Of a DNA stretch of 64,000 nucleotides, positions 48,974 through 60,803 are shown one piece after another (the first letter of the stretch is position 1; each line of letters starts with the position of its first letter). The position numbers were made by a program, and so were the translations under genes. This DNA is from Perkinsela sp. CCAP 1560/9 (lineage: Eukaryota > Protista > Euglenozoa: Kinetoplastea): the NCBI GenBank assembly GCA_965644495.1, contig CBFFSA010000006.1, forward strand, positions 62,001 to 126,000. The letters are read 5' to 3'. Below the pieces are notes generated by a model that saw nothing but the letters and a program-made list of their open reading frames with translations, ran no database searches and was not told the DNA's origin.

Positions 48974-50900
48974 TTATTCATCAACCTCCATTTTCGAATC
49001 CGTACGCTCGTTCTCACTGTCACTTTCCTCAAAAATGATTGGAGACTTGCCGAAATGCTCCACAATGCACTGGAGCATGTTGCGAAAGGGGTTTTGCCAC
49101 GCTCGCTCTGGTTCATTGTGGACGTCTCGGAATTTGACGCATTGAGGGGAAATGTTGCGCTTAAGGTCCTGGGCGGAAGCACCGAAATTATAACGCTGGC
49201 GTCTAGTCCAGTCTTTTATAATTCGGTGGACACATTCCGCATGGTTAGTGTGGTACACGTGGAGCTCAACGAATTCTTTTGAATGGTTCACCGCAAAGTG
49301 ACGACAGAACTGTCCCATCCCCGAGTAACCACGCCACGCATCAGAGACAACCAATGACCGCGCACTCTCCAAATGTGGAAGTATGAAGTTGCGTAAAGTT
49401 TGATGATCACGTCGTTTTACTAACTTCCAGTGGGTTCGTCCCATTCGTCTTCCCTTGACTTCAGTAATCGTGACGAACCAGTGCCCAACCTTTCTGGTGC
49501 GTCTGCCTCGGTGGTATTTTCTTTTACCTAGGAATGTTTCGTCCACCTGGAGACGTGAGATTTTTTTTTGTTTTTTTATTTTCTTTAATTTTTTTTTGTT
49601 GTCTGCCCATTGCGTTTAGTTCAACTAAATTAACTAACTAACTAAATTAACTAACTAAATTAGTTGCGTTTTTAATATTTTCAAGCTATTCATACTTGAT
49701 CGTACTCCGAGGAAGGAGCAGACTACGGGCATGCATGGTACACAACCATCCTCCTCAACCCCCTTCAACTCTCTCGCGAACTGATCCAAGTTCTTCTCCC
49801 CTCCGATCACCCTCCTCACACGAGAACGACAAATCTGCCGACCAACCCCCTTCATCTATCTCCCCACCTAACCACGGTAACCTTCCGTTACCCCATTCCG
49901 GGAGCCAACCCCGTTCTCTTCTATCCCAAGTGTACGCGGTATTGCATTACGAATATCAGTATATTCTCCTGCATATCAAGGGTCATATTCTGAATATTTA
50001 TGACAGTGTTTTTGAACATGCCGCAGTAGCACGTCGGGATAACGTCAAAATTTTCCGAAACAGGCTTATTTCTCACTTAGAAATACGCTCAAAGGATCCT
50101 TACTTGATGTACTTTGCCAAATGCCCTCAGCAAATGCCTGGTGAAAATACGTGCGGACTAGACGTAATAAATAACTTATGTTGTTGTGTATTTGGTGTCG
50201 AAAAAGAGTATTTTAGCAGATCAACACTATGCGATTGGTCTCCACACCTTAACTAGACAATTTTTTTATCAAATTCATAAAATTTACCACTCCTGATGTG
50301 AGTGCGTAATGGGGAAGTATGGTCGGGACCTCCTCGTGGTCTTCCCTGGCACTGCTATCGTATCGATAGTACAGACGCCGACCTTCATTAGACAAAAATA
50401 GAGAAAACAAATAGAGAAAAACAAACAAACAGAGAGACAAAAAAGGAACCGGCCATATTGAAATTTTATGAAAAAAATTGTGACCCCCCACTTAAGAGTC
50501 CAAATGCCTAAAATGGCGGAAGAGTCCAAATGCCTGAAATCGGTAGGGGGGGGGGACAGTACGGCATTTTCTTCCCGGTGCAGCGCTGCATTCCCCAAAT
50601 CTTGCAACAATTTGGTCACCACCTTCCGGCGAATGCAACGATTACGAGCAATTTGACCGGCAGTCAAATAGTCCGCAATGTCGGCCCAAACTCGCAACAA
50701 CTGCCCTGCGTCAATTTTCATGCGAGAGGAGACATATGGTTCATATTTCCCACGCTTCAATCGACAGGGATTCTTTGAGAACTCATGAAATCCGCAAATC
50801 TGGATGTCAGATCGTCCAGGGACGTCGCGCATCATCTCAGGACCATGGATTACACAAGACGGGGGATGTAATAAGCCGTGGTGGATCATCCATTCTGTCC
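48974..50900 (-). pseudogene. Merlin transposase split by an insertion of about 1 kb (about 49560-50561)
   Basis: N-terminal part WMIHHGLL..C..H...C plus HTH-like region at 50562-50900; catalytic part QVDETFLGKRKYHRGR, VVSDAWRGY, VNHS, HTNHAE. Confidence 0.85.
49920..50256 (+). pseudogene. Ulp1-like protease fragment inside the insertion that splits Merlin
   Basis: IYDSVF...CPQQMPGENTCGLDVINNL aligns with 37142-37525; the His position is Gln. Confidence 0.65.
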
Positions 50901-51484
50901 GCCGTCCGCGAGGGATCGAATCGTAAGATCGCCACCCACGCACACAATAAAACCCAGCACAACCCGTGCACAAACGTTCCACAGGAAGCAGAGAGGCTCT
51001 TTGCTTCCAGCGAAGAGGCTCTTTGCTTACCAGTGAACACAACGAACCAGCGGACACACCAGCGAACCAAAAGGTATGAAGAGCGTGCCGTGGCATCAGC
51101 ACCAGCCAGCGGACAAAATATTATTCTGTCCGCCCACGCACCAGGAGTACGTAATTCTGCAGGAACTGGTGCATCTTCATCCTCGGACGGTGTGCTTGCT
51201 TCACGGCTTCGCCGCATATCACTGTCCACAAAAGAAACAACTCTGTTTAAAAGTGCCTCGCGTGCATGATCCGCGTCGTAATTCATGAAACCAAAAAAAA
51301 TGAGAAGAAAGTTGGAGGCGCTTACGTAGTATATCTTGTAACTTACTAGTGTCACGGGGTCCAAAAAATACAGCATCCCTCCTCCATTTCCTACGCATAC
51401 GCAAGTCACAAATGTCACAGATATCAACACTAAAACTAGGCATCGCAGTATAGGAAAATAAATACACAATCCTACGGAAGTGTC

Positions 51485-51815
51485 AGACATAGGTTCTCAG
51501 TGCGCTCCAGCGCGCGGGTCCCCAAAAAATATAATTATGTCCCAGGGCTAAGCTCACAATTGGGCCTTGCTCGCAGACGGGGGGGGTTGCCTCCAGAAGT
51601 GGGCTTCGCTCACAGTTGGGCCTTGCTCGCAAACGGGGGCCTTGCTTGCAGACGTGGGCTTCGCTCACAGTTGGGCCTTGCCTCTGGACAATCCTGCGGA
51701 AGGGGCAGACACAGGTTCTCAGTGCGCGACCGCGCGCTGGAGCGCGCGGGTCGCCAAAAAATATAATTGTGTCCCAGGGCTACGCTCACAGTTGGGCCTT
51801 GCTCGCAGACGGGGG
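51485..51815. repeat. Subterminal direct repeats in the Merlin element (about 100-bp duplication plus GCTCACAGTTGGGCCTTGC sub-repeats)
   Basis: Directly visible. Confidence 0.8.
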
Positions 51816-52281
51816 CTTTTAATTTTTTCGGCTGAAAAGCAAATAAAATCACCTTCGATGATGAGATTGACCTTTCGATGATTCAGGGTGTGACACGTAG
51901 GCACCTCGATGACAAATCATCGAAGTGCCGCGAAAACTCACGGAAGTGCCCGTGGAGCCAAATTTTATAGTCCACGTGACCAGTTATGTATTCTCTGTTC
52001 TACATTGTATGTCTGAAGGAGTAATCCATTTGGTTCTACCAAGTGTTCGCCAATACCCGAAAAGATAATTAAAATTTTTATATGCTCATTCTTTTCTTTT
52101 CTCTGACAATTAAAGTACATGGCGTTCCATTTTGTCAAACACTATTTCCGTCGAAATAACTTCGTGTTGGTCGATCAAATCCCTTAGATCTCGGTCAACT
52201 TTCTCCATCGCAAGTTGACGTTCGCAGTTGAAAGACCTTGCTCCATAGCTGCAGGATTATTAATAATTCAGTTCGGTAATA

Positions 52282-53213
52282 AACCCCCGCTCACGAATAA
52301 GTGACCCCCCCTTATTTTTAGCACATGGGGGCGTGGGTGGGTTATCATACCACTGTTTCGTTCAAAATTTCGAGATCTGCACGTTCCCGCTGTTTTTAGC
52401 TCATTTTAAAATTTTAAAATTTAGTCAAAAATAATAATTGGCTTTTCAACTTTTTTTTCCAAAAATGACCAAATCACCATATCGGCTTCCAAAAGGGGCG
52501 CTTACGGATAGTGGTAAGGTTCTTTTGAAGATGAGACATGCAGAAGGTGTTCCGATAAAACAATTATCCCGTGATTTTAACGTCTCTAGAAGGATAATCA
52601 AAAAATATCTGAACGAAAAAAAATCTAGCGGGGAATACACTTTGAGTCCTGTGGGTGGAGGTATTTGTTTATTCTACCAAGTGACACATCTATTACAAGT
52701 AAGACGTACATAGAAACATCAAAACAGGTAGATTTCCCCCCTACTAGTGTATTTCAACAGGATGGGGCAACGGCACATACTGCCCGTGCCTCCAAAGAGT
52801 ATATTGAGAATCGAATGAGTGATGTTCTAAGAAACTGGCCCCCCAACTCGCCCGACCTTTCCCCCATAGAAAACGTCTGGTCTATGGTCCAAGAGGCGGT
52901 AGACGAACAAACGCCATCGGACAAGCCTTCACTTATCCGATGTGTACGTAAAGCATGGTCTTCTTTAACTCAAAAAGTGATCGACAAAACAGTATTAAGT
53001 TTTGATTCTCGACTTAAGGAGTGTATAAGATTGAAGGGCGAAAAAGTGAAAAAATGTTAATTCTTCTCTAAATTGTGCGTATTCGTTTCTTTTTGTCTCA
53101 TTTCTTCACGCGCAAAGTCCTTGTGTTGAGATCTGCAAAATGCAACAAAAATCAGCTCAAACGGACATTTGTACGAAAAAAAAGAGGGGGGTCACTTTTC
53201 GTGAGCGGGGGTT
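52282..53213 (+). mobile_element. Internally deleted Tc1/IS630-like element with D35E spacing and TA duplication
   Basis: TIR AACCCCCGCTCACGAA...TTCGTGAGCGGGGGTT; HTH at 52465; FQQDGATAH...WPPNSPDLSPIENVW; region of the first Asp is missing. Confidence 0.88.
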
Positions 53214-53958
53214 TAATAATTATTATTAATAGATGATTAATACATTAATAATAAATTATTAATACATTTGTTTTTGAGCCCCCCTCCTAGCGTTGCTTTT
53301 TCCCAAAACCAGGCAACGCTAGGATAGGGGGGGGATATTAACCAGTCAAGTAAAACAACCAGTCAAGTATAACATGAGGAAGAAAGATTATCCTGTCCTG
53401 CTCCACGAAGGACACGCAGCTTCGCGGCGTCGGATCTACAAGGCTTCGTCGAAAAAAATTAATAACTGGGGGGTGGAGCTGTGACAAATAAATGGGGGGC
53501 TCAGTATGCTTAAAGACGTTTCCGAAGGGTTTCCTAGGGTTCCTCTAGGTTTCCTAAGGGTCCTAACGCCGTTTCCATAGTGTTTAAATCGGGGGAGGCA
53601 GAAAGGGAAAGCCAATACAGTCCAGGCCACATTGTTGTCCCCCCAGGCCACAGAGTACAGCGCAAGAACTTTTGATCCGAAATATCCTAGAGTTCTATTT
53701 TTATTCTTCACTTTACTACTCCAGGGTACTTTCTCCCCTGGACGCCCAATTTTCGAAAACATTGGTTCGTCGGTTTGCTCCACCGGATACAACCACTGAA
53801 ATAAAGAATTGCTCAAAAAATACGACCTCTATCATGTGAACATCTTCTTGTGAACATACAGTGTATATTTTTGATACATACAGTGTGTATAATTGAACAT
53901 GCATTCATTCATTCATCAACACGTAGTAGTATCAGGAATTTTTATAACACTGTCCTAT

Positions 53959-55050
53959 ATGGCTAATTCTGGTCCTTCAATACCCAAGGACTTACGCTAC
54001 GTGTTGGTCCCTTCTGACAAGAGTAGACCTCTCGAGTGTAGAACTTTCTCAGGTCAATCTGACGATGAATTGAGAAAACATATTGCACGCTACTTTCAAA
54101 ATTATGGAATGACCTATGGTCAACGTCAAGAGATGAAACAGGAACTAGTTGAAAAAGTGCTCAAAGGCAAGCGAAATGCAGACAAAAGCACGAACTCGAA
54201 AACTTCGGATAGTGTCGACTCAAAATTTGCCGTCTCAGCCATTGATCAACGTACAACTGGATTTGAAATAATTCCAATAGTCATGCCTTCCCACAAAAAT
54301 GGTTACATTGCCCGAAGCTTGTATATTGACGAAGTCGGGAGATATAAAGATCTTACCTTAAACGACCGGGCGAGTCGCATAGCGCAACGCGACGTACGAG
54401 GCGATTGCTTTGTACTTTCGAATATGGATGATCCTGCCAGATCGACTTGGGAACGGAAACACACCGCCCTCGACGAGGTGGAGAATATGATTAACTTCCC
54501 ACCTGCGCGTGCGCCCGACCCTATGAGCCAAACAGGCATGGCTCTGGCGGTGGAACGAACTGAAGCTGCAGAATCAGTTCTTCTTACATCTGAAGAAGTG
54601 GGCAAGGCAAAGGCATCGAAAGAAAGGGGTAACATTTTCTATCGAGCCAATAATTATGAGAATGCCCTTGGATGTTATATGGAAGGATTAAAACGCTTAA
54701 TAGGTAGGTCAGACGACTTTGACAATGAAGGACAGATGGAGGTCGCGGAACTGCGACGATCACTATCGAGGAATGCAGGGTTGAGTTGTTTCAAGTTAAA
54801 AAATTATAAAGCTTCAGTAAGATATGCATCGGAGGTGCTACAAAGATCCTTCCACCTCCAAACCTTGTATTTAAGAATACAGGCCAATATATTATTGAAA
54901 GATTTTGACGCATGTGCACATGACTTGGAGTGGGTTAAGCAAGAGGATTCCTATGGTACTGACTTTCAGAAGTTAGAGAAACAACTGAAGCTGATGCGCT
55001 CAGCTACCGAGGCAGAAGAAAAACGGCGATATAAGAAACTTTTCAGTTGA
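53959..55050 (+). CDS. Protein with a C-terminal TPR domain (co-chaperone-like)
   Basis: KERGNIFYRANNYENALGCYMEGL, NAGLSCFKLKNY, EKRRYKKLF. ORF is open from 53893. Confidence 0.8.
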   Translation: MANSGPSIPKDLRYVLVPSDKSRPLECRTFSGQSDDELRKHIARYFQNYGMTYGQRQEMKQELVEKVLKGKRNADKSTNSKTSDSVDSKFAVSAIDQRTTGFEIIPIVMPSHKNGYIARSLYIDEVGRYKDLTLNDRASRIAQRDVRGDCFVLSNMDDPARSTWERKHTALDEVENMINFPPARAPDPMSQTGMALAVERTEAAESVLLTSEEVGKAKASKERGNIFYRANNYENALGCYMEGLKRLIGRSDDFDNEGQMEVAELRRSLSRNAGLSCFKLKNYKASVRYASEVLQRSFHLQTLYLRIQANILLKDFDACAHDLEWVKQEDSYGTDFQKLEKQLKLMRSATEAEEKRRYKKLFS

Positions 55051-55264
55051 ATTCGATTGTGTAAAAAAGATGAAAATCTCAAACTATTTTTATCATGAAA
55101 TTTCACAAATTTTGTTAAATTGTTATCACCGTTTGTTATTTATACGATTCAGGACCATAAAAGGTAACGTTGTGCGATGCTTTACAATATGAAATAAGAG
55201 CTTTAAAGCATAGTAGCAGAATTAATAATGATTTTTTCTTTTAATAATATTATTATTAAAATTA

Positions 55265-55585
55265 TAATACCCCCTCTGCTTATGAGTTCCCCCAATTCAG
55301 GTACGCATATGAGTTCCTTTTTCTAAGGTGAATGGTTTTGTACCCACATTTTGCGAAGCCTTTTTTTACACATAACAAAATATCATAAATTCCTAAAGTA
55401 CTGTGCGTCAGCCTGCTTTACGGGATCGTTCACTAGGTGGATATTTGTTGTGGCTCCAGTATCATTGTAAGGGAGACCCTGAGGTGCGAAGTGCCACGGT
55501 CCCGAATTTTCGCTTTTCATGGCCCGATTTCTGGTCTGGTACGCTTATGAGTTCCTTTTTATCAAAACCGGGGAACTCATAAGCA
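55265..55585. mobile_element. MITE-like element (GCTTATGAGTTCCCC...GGGGAACTCATAAGC); related end at about 32300-32432
   Basis: Inverted termini; about 90 bp shared with 32330-32415. Confidence 0.65.
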
Positions 55586-56201
55586 AAATGCTTAACAGCA
55601 GAATGCGACCAGCAGAATGGGAAGTCGCCATGAGAACCTGATTGCGCCTACCTCATGGACAGTAGTGCAGTGCAAACGTGGCGAATCATTTGGGATCACG
55701 GAATTCGCGATTCACTCTCTGGAATGTAAAAGAATGAAAGAAAGTACCGCACCATCTGGTAAAGACAGCGTTTATCTCTCGACTCCGTCGCTGCGTCTTC
55801 TTTCCAGTTCCTAGTCAGTTCCTATCAAAGGCTGGACAACGGCCGCGGCTATTCCAAAGAAGAAACGCGACGATGAGCTCCTCCGCGGTACATAATTGGC
55901 GCGAGAATAGGGTCCGGTAGATATTCTTGGTCAGGGGGCACTGCCTTAGTGTTAGGCGATGCCGGGGCCTAGCGCACTCCACCACGTGTGCTTCCATTAC
56001 TACAGCACTGAATCTTGTATATCACAATTTCTTGTGACTCCCCTTCTTGTATATTATTACTGGAGATCTTGATTCTTGGATCCCTCATTATTTTTTTTGC
56101 TTTTAAATTAGTAAGGGAGTTCATATTGAATTGTTAGTTACTAGTGATGATCACTGACTAGTACTAGTACTAGTATCTGATCACTGACCAGCCTTGTGTG
56201 A

Positions 56202-56945
56202 ATGTTATGCCCCGCAGATGGTGGCTTTGTGGAAGAATATATTCGTACCCTAGAATTCCAAGCTACAAAATTTGCTGAAGGCCTCAGCAAACTTTTAGGA
56301 ACTTGTGTGGAAGCTCGAGAGACCTCAAATAAAGTATTTTCGGGTCACCCACCACCGTCTGTCAGTGCTGTTGAAAGTGTAGATGAACCTTTGCTTGATG
56401 TGATTAAAAGATATGAAACTATTGTGGAAGATCTTGTAGCAGGACTTCGTGCTCTTCAGGAGTACGTAACAACGTGCATTCCAGAAATGAAAGACGAGGA
56501 TAACCGTGGAGTGCATGTTCAGCTTGCATTTCTGGAAAACATCACCAGAACAATTGATGAATTGTTGGGGCACACTTCCTGTAGAAGAGGGAATGTGAAG
56601 CCTGCAAAGGTTAGGCATCCCCCTCACGTTCCACTTGATCTCGGTGCGCGATACATGTATTTCCACGTAAGGTCAGATATATTGCAAACATTGCAAGAAC
56701 GCACACGAAAGTCTGATAGTGAAAAGCAGGATCGTATTTTGCCCGATGATGATTTAACCGTTTCGGCAGTGAGAGCTCTGCGTGAAGAATTGCATGCTTA
56801 CGGATGCCTGTTTCGAAAACATATCATATCATCCTTCGACATGTTGATAACAAGGATTCTTGGAATTTTTGGATTTTTAAGAATGAATTACGATAAAATT
56901 CTGAATCCTCGTCCTGAAAATGCCCAAGAGCGTTCATATTATTAG
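56202..56945 (+). CDS. 11S proteasome activator, PA26/PA28 family
   Basis: Activation-loop region IPEMKDEDNRGVHVQ and C-terminal NYDKILNPR...YY. Confidence 0.82.
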   Translation: MLCPADGGFVEEYIRTLEFQATKFAEGLSKLLGTCVEARETSNKVFSGHPPPSVSAVESVDEPLLDVIKRYETIVEDLVAGLRALQEYVTTCIPEMKDEDNRGVHVQLAFLENITRTIDELLGHTSCRRGNVKPAKVRHPPHVPLDLGARYMYFHVRSDILQTLQERTRKSDSEKQDRILPDDDLTVSAVRALREELHAYGCLFRKHIISSFDMLITRILGIFGFLRMNYDKILNPRPENAQERSYY

Positions 56946-57414
56946 CCTTTGTTTTTTCTATTACGATAAATTATGAAAACAAAAATTAAGATAAAGTATG
57001 GTGCAATGAAGTATATTGGTAAGGAAAGCGCTGCCCCTGTGTGTATCGGAGCGTCTACAAAAGTTTGCACTCTGACTGCTCACAGCCTCAGTATTGTTAT
57101 ACTGTAGATTACATTGTCAATTATACTACTTTGGTGGGTTATAATTGAGCTCTAAACAGCATGAGGGGGTTGATACGAAAAGCTTTACACTTCTTTTTAC
57201 CGTCTCCTAACAGCATTTTCAAATGAATACCTTTTATTTTCATTTTCAGACACCGAACAATGAGTTCGTCATTATCATTGACGGGCAACTACAACGCCTT
57301 GTGTTCCATCAAGAATGTTTCGTAAGGAATATAAGTACAACTATTTCAGATATGTAGTTGCGTCAAGAATAACTCATATTAAGTAAAGTCTGCTTACAAT
57401 CGTGTTTCGAGCGA

Positions 57415-59454
57415 ATGGGCGTACAAAATCTGTATCAGAAAATGAGGTCAAAATTGCATTTACTGACTACCATCATCGTGTTTTACATGCTCACGAGTGA
57501 AAATGAAGCATGTAGCACATTGCAAAGCTCTGCAAATTTTTCTTTTAGTGTCTTCAAAAGATACGGGTTGACACTTTCAAGAGCGCACTTCTCAGACGTG
57601 TCGTGTCGCCCTTCGCTATACGATATTTTAGGCCTCGACTCGAGCGCAACAATTCAAGACATACGAATTGCGTACCGTGGACTAGCAAAACAGTATCACC
57701 CCGACCGAAGTAATCGCAAAGGTATTCTGTGTCATGGTTTCCTGGAAATTTTGCAACACAACTTTCGAACTGTTCAAGGTGCTTACGAAGTACTAAAAGA
57801 CGAACGACTTAAACATGAGTACGATAAACTAGGCATTATTCCGAATTCAATCGTAACAAATTTTCATTGGTTTTCAGATAAAATTCCCACTATAATTTCT
57901 GTTGCACCGATTGCCAACCTAGATTTATTACGTGATCTGAATTTCACTGCCATTAGTGGTCCATGGTTACTATTTGCCACTAACGCTGATGACACTTCCT
58001 TCGAGCGATTGATACCAGCTTGGGATGAAATGTGCGAAAGAATGTATCCCATATTTTCGTGTGCTCGAGTTCTTTTGGACCGAGAGAACGAGATGCGTCA
58101 CTTTTTTACAGGATCAGACCCATGTTTCCTCTTTTATTCTACACCACGTACAGGTTTCGAGCTACATACGATACCACCCAATTGGAATTCAACTACATTC
58201 ATGTTGGATTTAGAGAATAGGTTGAAACAAAAACTATTATCTCGTCGAACAATATCCAATGTTCATAGAACTTCCGGAATGACATCGCCTAGCTTGGGAA
58301 GAATATCATATCACTTAGAAGAATGGCTACAAATAAATTTGGACGTGCCTCATATTTTAATTGACTCTCAGTTTGGCACATCTGATATTTTAGCGCTCGG
58401 AAGCGTCTTTCCTAATGCCATGATTGGAGAACAGGAGCCTATTCCGGATGCTATTCGTTCTATTCGAACTCCCCCAATAGCAAAAGGAACGATATCGACA
58501 GATATACTAAGTCAAAAGAGTATGATGCTTTATCATGAGGCAAAATTAATCCGTACTTTCTCAATCCCATTCCGGCAAACCAACTCTAGTGGTTCCCTGG
58601 ATGAGGACTTGGGCGAATTGATAAAAACTGTTAGCCAGATACGAAACGAAGGTATTGACATTCAGAGATTTACGAAAATGGGAGATGAAAACCTTCTGCA
58701 ACTTTGCACGCAACAAGGAAGAGAATTTTTGACCGAATACTTCAATGAGAACAGGCGTCTACAACCTCCATCACAGGCTTTAACGTACTGCATTATTTAT
58801 TTGGGAAATCTCAAACAGTATACTCATGGCACTCAAACAGCACAACCGAAAGCTATCCCAAGGTATGAGGACCTCGTTGATGAACATTTGTATAGTGCGG
58901 TGCACAGGGATGCCCGTCTCGGTTGGCTTGACTGCGCGGAGCAAGACTGCTCATACTTTCACGAAACTACGCTGAACGAAAATTTGGATCAGAATCCATG
59001 CACCTCTACAGAAGGGCATCACTGGGTAGTAATGTCCACTCGCTGGACGGGTCAATTTTGTAAAATACGCTTAAACTGTGAAACGAAATTAAATTCATCC
59101 CACTATGAATTCTGCGTGCGCAACAGCCCAAACGTGGCTACAAATGAACAAGATTCGTCCTATCGTTTCTGTTCTTCCGGCATGAAAGTGCACAGATCCG
59201 AAGGTTTTCGATCCGATGCTTTGTATCATCGGGATACGATACACGCTCTACAGGATTACGAATGCGAGACGCGTTCTCAACACACCACTGTAAGTAAGAC
59301 AGGTGTATTCGGTATATTCAACTTCATCTACCTATATTTTTTGAACACTGAATGGAATAGTGGATGGTTACTTATTCTTCTCTTCTGTCTAAAGAAATTC
59401 CACTCAGTCTTGTCTGGGAACTATTTTCGTGCTGCAAGGTACAGTTGTAGGTAA
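57415..59454 (+). CDS. DnaJ-domain protein with a degenerate thioredoxin-like region and a C-terminal hydrophobic segment
   Basis: LYDILGL...IRIAYRGLAKQYHPDR...AYEVLKD..YD; GPWLLF...LIPAWDEM; hydrophobic N-terminus. Confidence 0.85.
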   Translation: MGVQNLYQKMRSKLHLLTTIIVFYMLTSENEACSTLQSSANFSFSVFKRYGLTLSRAHFSDVSCRPSLYDILGLDSSATIQDIRIAYRGLAKQYHPDRSNRKGILCHGFLEILQHNFRTVQGAYEVLKDERLKHEYDKLGIIPNSIVTNFHWFSDKIPTIISVAPIANLDLLRDLNFTAISGPWLLFATNADDTSFERLIPAWDEMCERMYPIFSCARVLLDRENEMRHFFTGSDPCFLFYSTPRTGFELHTIPPNWNSTTFMLDLENRLKQKLLSRRTISNVHRTSGMTSPSLGRISYHLEEWLQINLDVPHILIDSQFGTSDILALGSVFPNAMIGEQEPIPDAIRSIRTPPIAKGTISTDILSQKSMMLYHEAKLIRTFSIPFRQTNSSGSLDEDLGELIKTVSQIRNEGIDIQRFTKMGDENLLQLCTQQGREFLTEYFNENRRLQPPSQALTYCIIYLGNLKQYTHGTQTAQPKAIPRYEDLVDEHLYSAVHRDARLGWLDCAEQDCSYFHETTLNENLDQNPCTSTEGHHWVVMSTRWTGQFCKIRLNCETKLNSSHYEFCVRNSPNVATNEQDSSYRFCSSGMKVHRSEGFRSDALYHRDTIHALQDYECETRSQHTTVSKTGVFGIFNFIYLYFLNTEWNSGWLLILLFCLKKFHSVLSGNYFRAARYSCR

Positions 59455-60183
59455 CGATATGTACCCTCCCTACAGGTCTTGTATTTTGGCCGATTTTGGA
59501 AATATTTTGCATACCACCGTATTTCGACCCAATCATTCCGAATCCGAGATCCGTTTCGCTCGAGCGACCCCCTACCTCTCTTATCCAGGTAGGGGCCAAA
59601 ATGTAGGCGAACACGATTTTTGAGGAAAATTTTCGGATATGTTTTGTAAAACAGTGACTTGAAAGCCATATAGGAAGCATGTAAGCAGGCAGAAAGCTCG
59701 TGATTAGTGCTCCTTAAGTGTCTCCTTGCCTTCTCGTCCGCCAAAAATTCTTGGGATGGCTAGGCAAAACCTTTTCAGGCAATTCTGGTTCATCCTGAAA
59801 ATTATTCAGGATAAATAGGGGGGTGAAAAAAATTGGACCAAATATTAAGAAAAATATTTATCGATGATGATAGTACTTCTAATAGGTGACAAAAGCTGTG
59901 CACATCTCACGGCGTACGTGTCGTGCAGGAAGACACGCGGGCCGAGATAGTTCCGTCGTGTAAAAGCGAAGAACAGCGAAAAATGACGCAAGAAATAGGT
60001 GTTCTGTAAAAATCATGGTTCTTAGACCATTTTATTGAGGCTCAATATGAACCAGTTTTCAACGAGCGAAATGGACCTCGGATTTGGAACGATTGGGTCG
60101 AAAAACGGTGGTATACCAAATATCTCCAAAATCGGAGGAAATACAAGACCTGTAGGGGGGGTACATATCGTTGCCCACTACTG
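59442..60183. mobile_element. MITE with about 125-bp TIRs and TA duplication
   Basis: CAGT.GT.GG.AACGATATGTACCC.CCCTACAGGTCTTG at both ends, inverted; TA at 59440-1 and 60184-5. Confidence 0.88.
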
Positions 60184-60803
60184 TAGTACACGATCATCCG
60201 AAGCTTTTGTAGGAATCTATCCCTACCGCACCGAGTGCCTAATAACAAAATCAAAGCTTCACATTGTGTTGGGAATTTTGATACTGTACCAAAATTAGGT
60301 GATTGCATAACTACTGCTCCACCTTCGATTATTGATCTGCGTCGCATCCCCCCACCAGGTCCTTTCACCGCACTGCGCTTGCCATTTTCTTGTGTTTCTC
60401 TCTCGCGTCCCCCACCCTCGTTCCAGGAACCAAAAGTACATAGTTTCTGTAGAATACAACTTTTTCCGAAAGTTTACACAACTCGAAATGGGGAAGTAAG
60501 GTCGGGACTTCCTGGCACTGTCATCACACCGATGGTACCAACGCGGAATAAAACACCCTTTAAATTGAAACCCATTAGTACTGTAGTAATTTCATTAGTA
60601 CTTCATAAAACAAAACCCATTAGTACTGTGTTTCTTTTTATATTTTCACTTTTTTTGCTCCCCATTTTTTCAATAATCGAGGACAGAGCGTTAGTTATTC
60701 AACCACCGCAACTACTATTATTACAGAGCGGAATTCTTAATAATCTTGTAGCTATGACTGAGACAATAGAAACTAATTTTATTAACGAAATCGTTGCTAG
60801 AAA

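Larger units (their letters stand above)
48403..51929 (-). mobile_element. Merlin (IS1595/ISXO2-like) DNA transposon, decayed
   Basis: Imperfect inverted ends (ACGTGTCA...AATCATCGAAAGG...ATCATCGAAGGTG at about 48425-48495 versus 51840-51929); transposase inside; no target duplication seen and left boundary approximate. Confidence 0.7.
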
